Part shown: positions 61,297 through 64,000 of the stretch, one piece after another
How the letters are laid out: the number at the start of each line of letters is the position of its first letter
Position numbering within the stretch: position 1 is the first letter of the stretch
From: Phycisphaeraceae bacterium
GTDB taxonomy: Bacteria; Planctomycetota; Phycisphaerae; Phycisphaerales; Phycisphaeraceae
Length of the DNA stretch: 64,000 bases
Direction of reading: 5' to 3'
Assembly: GCA_963674705.1 (NCBI GenBank)
Contig: OY771506.1
Span: forward strand, 1,600,001 to 1,664,000
Position numbers and translations under genes: made by a program
Notes under the pieces: generated by a model
Told to the model about the DNA's origin: nothing
The model's database searches: none
The model's input: only the letters and a program-made list of their open reading frames with translations

Positions 61297-61733
61297 TTGG
61301 TTGTTGTCCAGTTGGCGATGTCGTCGTTACCCCCGGCCCGTTGATCGGGGCCGTAGGAATACAGATCGAATCCCTCTTCGTTGTGCGTGCCCGGGCATCG
61401 GTACTGCCATTCGTTACCCCACTGGTCCACCGGCACAACGTCCGATTCCAGGTATGGACCGGACCAGCCCTCGGCATCGGAAGGCTCTTCGATCAGCGCT
61501 TCCAAGCCCTGCTGCGTCGTCGGGTACGAACCGACCTGCAGTTCATACGTGCCCAGCGCGGTCTTGAAGTCGCTTAGTTGTGTCTTTGCGGCGGTGATCC
61601 GCGCTTTCTCGGATTGGCCGGCAAAGCGCACGCCGACGATCGCCGACAACACGGCAAGGATGACCAGCACCAGCAGCAGTTCGAGAATGCTGAAACCACG
61701 GCTGCGTGTTTGACGTTTGTTCTTATTCATCAT
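61293..61733 (-). CDS. gspG: Major pseudopilin GspG
   Basis: RG|FSILELLLVLVIL, YPTTQQGLEAL, WSGPYL, DQWGNEWQY, DLYSYGPD....DDIANW. Confidence 0.93.
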   Translation of the reverse strand: MMNKNKRQTRSRGFSILELLLVLVILAVLSAIVGVRFAGQSEKARITAAKTQLSDFKTALGTYELQVGSYPTTQQGLEALIEEPSDAEGWSGPYLESDVVPVDQWGNEWQYRCPGTHNEEGFDLYSYGPDQRAGGNDDIANWTTTK

Positions 61734-61743
61734 GATTAAACCT

Positions 61744-62958
61744 CTACTGAATCGCGTCCCAAAGATCGAACACCGGTAACAGCATACCGATCACGATCGT
61801 CCCCACGAGCGTCGCCATGACAAACAGCAACGCCGGCTCTGCCAACGACACCAGCATCCGCAGGCGACGGTCCAACTCTTGTTCATTATCTACACCCAAC
61901 CGATCGAGCTCCGCGCTTAGCTGCCCGGACTCTTCCGCCACCGCGATCACTTCCAAAACCGACGGCGGGAACAACCCCGGGCACGTCGCCAAGCCACGCG
62001 CCAAACTGTCGCCGCGCTGCACGCGGTCGATCGATTCATCCAAAGCGTCGGAAAGGATCTGGTTGCCGATCGCTTCACGCGCCACGCGCAATGACATGAT
62101 CAACGGCACACCCGCGCCGAGCAGCGTCCCCAGCATCCGGCAAAAACGCACGAGTGCGAACCTCGCCGTCACCGTGCCGACGCCCGGCACCTTGAGTATC
62201 CATTTATCCCTGAATCGTCGTCCGCCCGGCGTCGCCAGCGCACGCTTGCCGACGATTGCCAGCAAAGCCGCGATGACAAGGATGAAAGGCCCGTACTCAC
62301 GCACCGCAAGACTCACGCCCTGGATGATCCGTGTGATCAAAGGCAAATCCTGGCCGAACTGCTCAAAGATCCCCGAAAACTTCGGGATAAACCACGACAG
62401 CAAGAACGTCACCACGCCCGTCGCGACACACATCAGCACGATCGGGTAGATCATCGCGCCGGTCACCCGGCTTTTAAGGTCACGCTCGCGCGACATGAAC
62501 TCGGCGATCTGACGGAGTACGACATCCAGGAAGCCGCCCGTCTCGCCGGCACGCACCATCGCGACATGCACCGGCGCGAACACGCGGTCGTGCTTGCTCA
62601 TCGCTTCTGCGAGCGGTGTGCCGTCCGACACCTCGTCGCGCACGTTTTGCCAAAGCGACTTCGCCGCCTGTGATTTTGATTCTCTTCCCAGAATTTCAAG
62701 CGCCCTGCTTAACGGCACACCCGCCGCAAGCAAGCCGGAAAGCTGACGCAGAAACTGATGCACCTGGGCCGGACGCACACGACCGGTCGTCGCACGCTGC
62801 AAGCCTGATTGACTCGCCTCGTCCTGTTCATCGACGCTGACGGGCATCAGGCCGCGCTGCTCGATCGCCTCGGCCGCAGCCGTCGCGTTCGCCGCGTCGA
62901 TCACGCCGCTGCGCTTCTTGCCTGTGGATTCAAGTCCGGTATAAGCGAACACGGGCAT
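61744..62958 (-). CDS. gspF: T2SS inner-membrane protein GspF
   Basis: RQLSGLLAAGVPL, MVRAGETGG.L, AMIYP, AEESGQL, EP...LLPVF. Confidence 0.93.
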   Translation of the reverse strand: MPVFAYTGLESTGKKRSGVIDAANATAAAEAIEQRGLMPVSVDEQDEASQSGLQRATTGRVRPAQVHQFLRQLSGLLAAGVPLSRALEILGRESKSQAAKSLWQNVRDEVSDGTPLAEAMSKHDRVFAPVHVAMVRAGETGGFLDVVLRQIAEFMSRERDLKSRVTGAMIYPIVLMCVATGVVTFLLSWFIPKFSGIFEQFGQDLPLITRIIQGVSLAVREYGPFILVIAALLAIVGKRALATPGGRRFRDKWILKVPGVGTVTARFALVRFCRMLGTLLGAGVPLIMSLRVAREAIGNQILSDALDESIDRVQRGDSLARGLATCPGLFPPSVLEVIAVAEESGQLSAELDRLGVDNEQELDRRLRMLVSLAEPALLFVMATLVGTIVIGMLLPVFDLWDAIQ

Positions 62959-62963
62959 CGTCG

Positions 62964-64000
62964 TCAGCCTTTACCTTTCGTGTCGCCGCCGTAGACATGT
63001 TGCTCATCCTTGGTAACACGCAAGACTTCCTGAACCGTCGTCAGGCCTTCACGCACCAGACGCCAGCCGTCTTCGCGCAGGCTCTGCATCCCTTCGATGG
63101 TCGCCACGCGTCGGACCTCGCGCCCCGAGGCCGTGCCGGTGGCTAGCGCGCGTAATTGTTCGCTCATCGGCATCATCTCGAACACGCCCCGCCGGCCCTG
63201 GTACCCCGTGCCGTTGCACTCCCGGCAACCCGTGCCGACGTACAACTCGCTGGGCAGGTTACCGTTGTACTTCTCGATCAACGCCTGCGCATCACTCTCC
63301 GCCATACGCTGCTTACAACGCGGGCAGATCAACCGCACCAAGCGCTGCGCCACCACCATCTCAAGCGAAGACGCAACCAGGTAAGGCTCGACGCCCATGT
63401 CGATCAATCGCGGGATCGCGCCCGGCGCATCGTTCGTATGCAGCGTGGAGAAAACAAGATGGCCAGTCAACGATGCCTGCACCGCGATCTCCGCCGTCTC
63501 GCGGTCGCGGATTTCACCGATCAAGACAACGTCCGGGTCGTGACGCAAAATCGACCGCAAGCCACGCGCGAACGTCAACCCGGTTTTCGTATCGACCTGG
63601 ATCTGGTTCACGCCGTCCAGGTGATACTCGATCGGGTCTTCGATCGTGACGATCTTGCGGTCGCTGGTATTGATCTGCGAAAGCCCCGCATACAGCGTCG
63701 TCGTTTTACCGCTACCGGTCGGGCCCGTGACTAACACGATGCCGTGCGGAAGCGCGAGGATTTCTTCGAATTTGCCCAGATGCATCTTGGACATGCCAAG
63801 CCCATTGAGCCCGACCAATGAGCCGTGTCGATCGAGGATACGCAGCACGACCGCTTCGCCGTGCAGCATCGGGATGATCGATACACGCACATCGACTTCA
63901 CGTCCTGAGACACGCAGCTTGATGCGCCCGTCCTGCGGCAGGCGCTTCTCTGCGATATCCAAATGGCTTAGGATCTTAAGACGCGAAACGATCGCCGGCT
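62964..64000 (-). CDS. gspE: T2SS ATPase GspE (5' end outside the window)
   Basis: DIAEKRLPQDGR, GPTGSGKTTTLY, TIEDPIEY, LRHDPDVVLIGEIRD, TLHTND, CxxC...CxxC. Confidence 0.95.
   Translation of the reverse strand, partial: PAIVSRLKILSHLDIAEKRLPQDGRIKLRVSGREVDVRVSIIPMLHGEAVVLRILDRHGSLVGLNGLGMSKMHLGKFEEILALPHGIVLVTGPTGSGKTTTLYAGLSQINTSDRKIVTIEDPIEYHLDGVNQIQVDTKTGLTFARGLRSILRHDPDVVLIGEIRDRETAEIAVQASLTGHLVFSTLHTNDAPGAIPRLIDMGVEPYLVASSLEMVVAQRLVRLICPRCKQRMAESDAQALIEKYNGNLPSELYVGTGCRECNGTGYQGRRGVFEMMPMSEQLRALATGTASGREVRRVATIEGMQSLREDGWRLVREGLTTVQEVLRVTKDEQHVYGGDTKGKG

Overview
GC-rich bacterial chromosome segment, most consistent with a planctomycete of the Phycisphaerae type. This is an inference from the LEPRxLLS extracellular motif, the dockerin-like tags, several PEP-CTERM proteins and a planctomycete-style gsp operon. 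Left to right it holds: a sulfatase/HAD/outer-membrane-barrel/DUF2092 cluster; a PL11-like rhamnogalacturonan lyase; tRNA-Ser(GCT); a giant PEP-CTERM protein; tRNA(CAT); xerD; a CarH-type B12 photoreceptor-like gene directly followed by an ECF sigma factor with no anti-sigma gene; carbohydrate-active and sugar-catabolism genes; a complete phoB-phoR-pstSCAB-phoU locus with 11-bp-periodic Pho-box-like arrays; lysE, DUF1493, nhaC and fdx; a photolyase operon; ALDH7, namZ and dut; and a type II secretion operon (gspE-F-G-H-I-J-K-L-M-C-D). At least five families of short palindromic or tandem repeats are scattered through it. Three observations stand out. (1) The B12 (Wx9EH, DxHxxG) sensor plus ECF sigma pair is a candidate light-sensing switch. 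(2) REP-like palindromes sit inside the cleavable leader peptides of pseudopilins GspI and GspK, and in gspK a G6 run decides whether the translationally coupled start is in frame. (3) Pairs of related miniature inverted-repeat elements bracket single genes. All functional calls come from motif recognition by eye; no database search was run.
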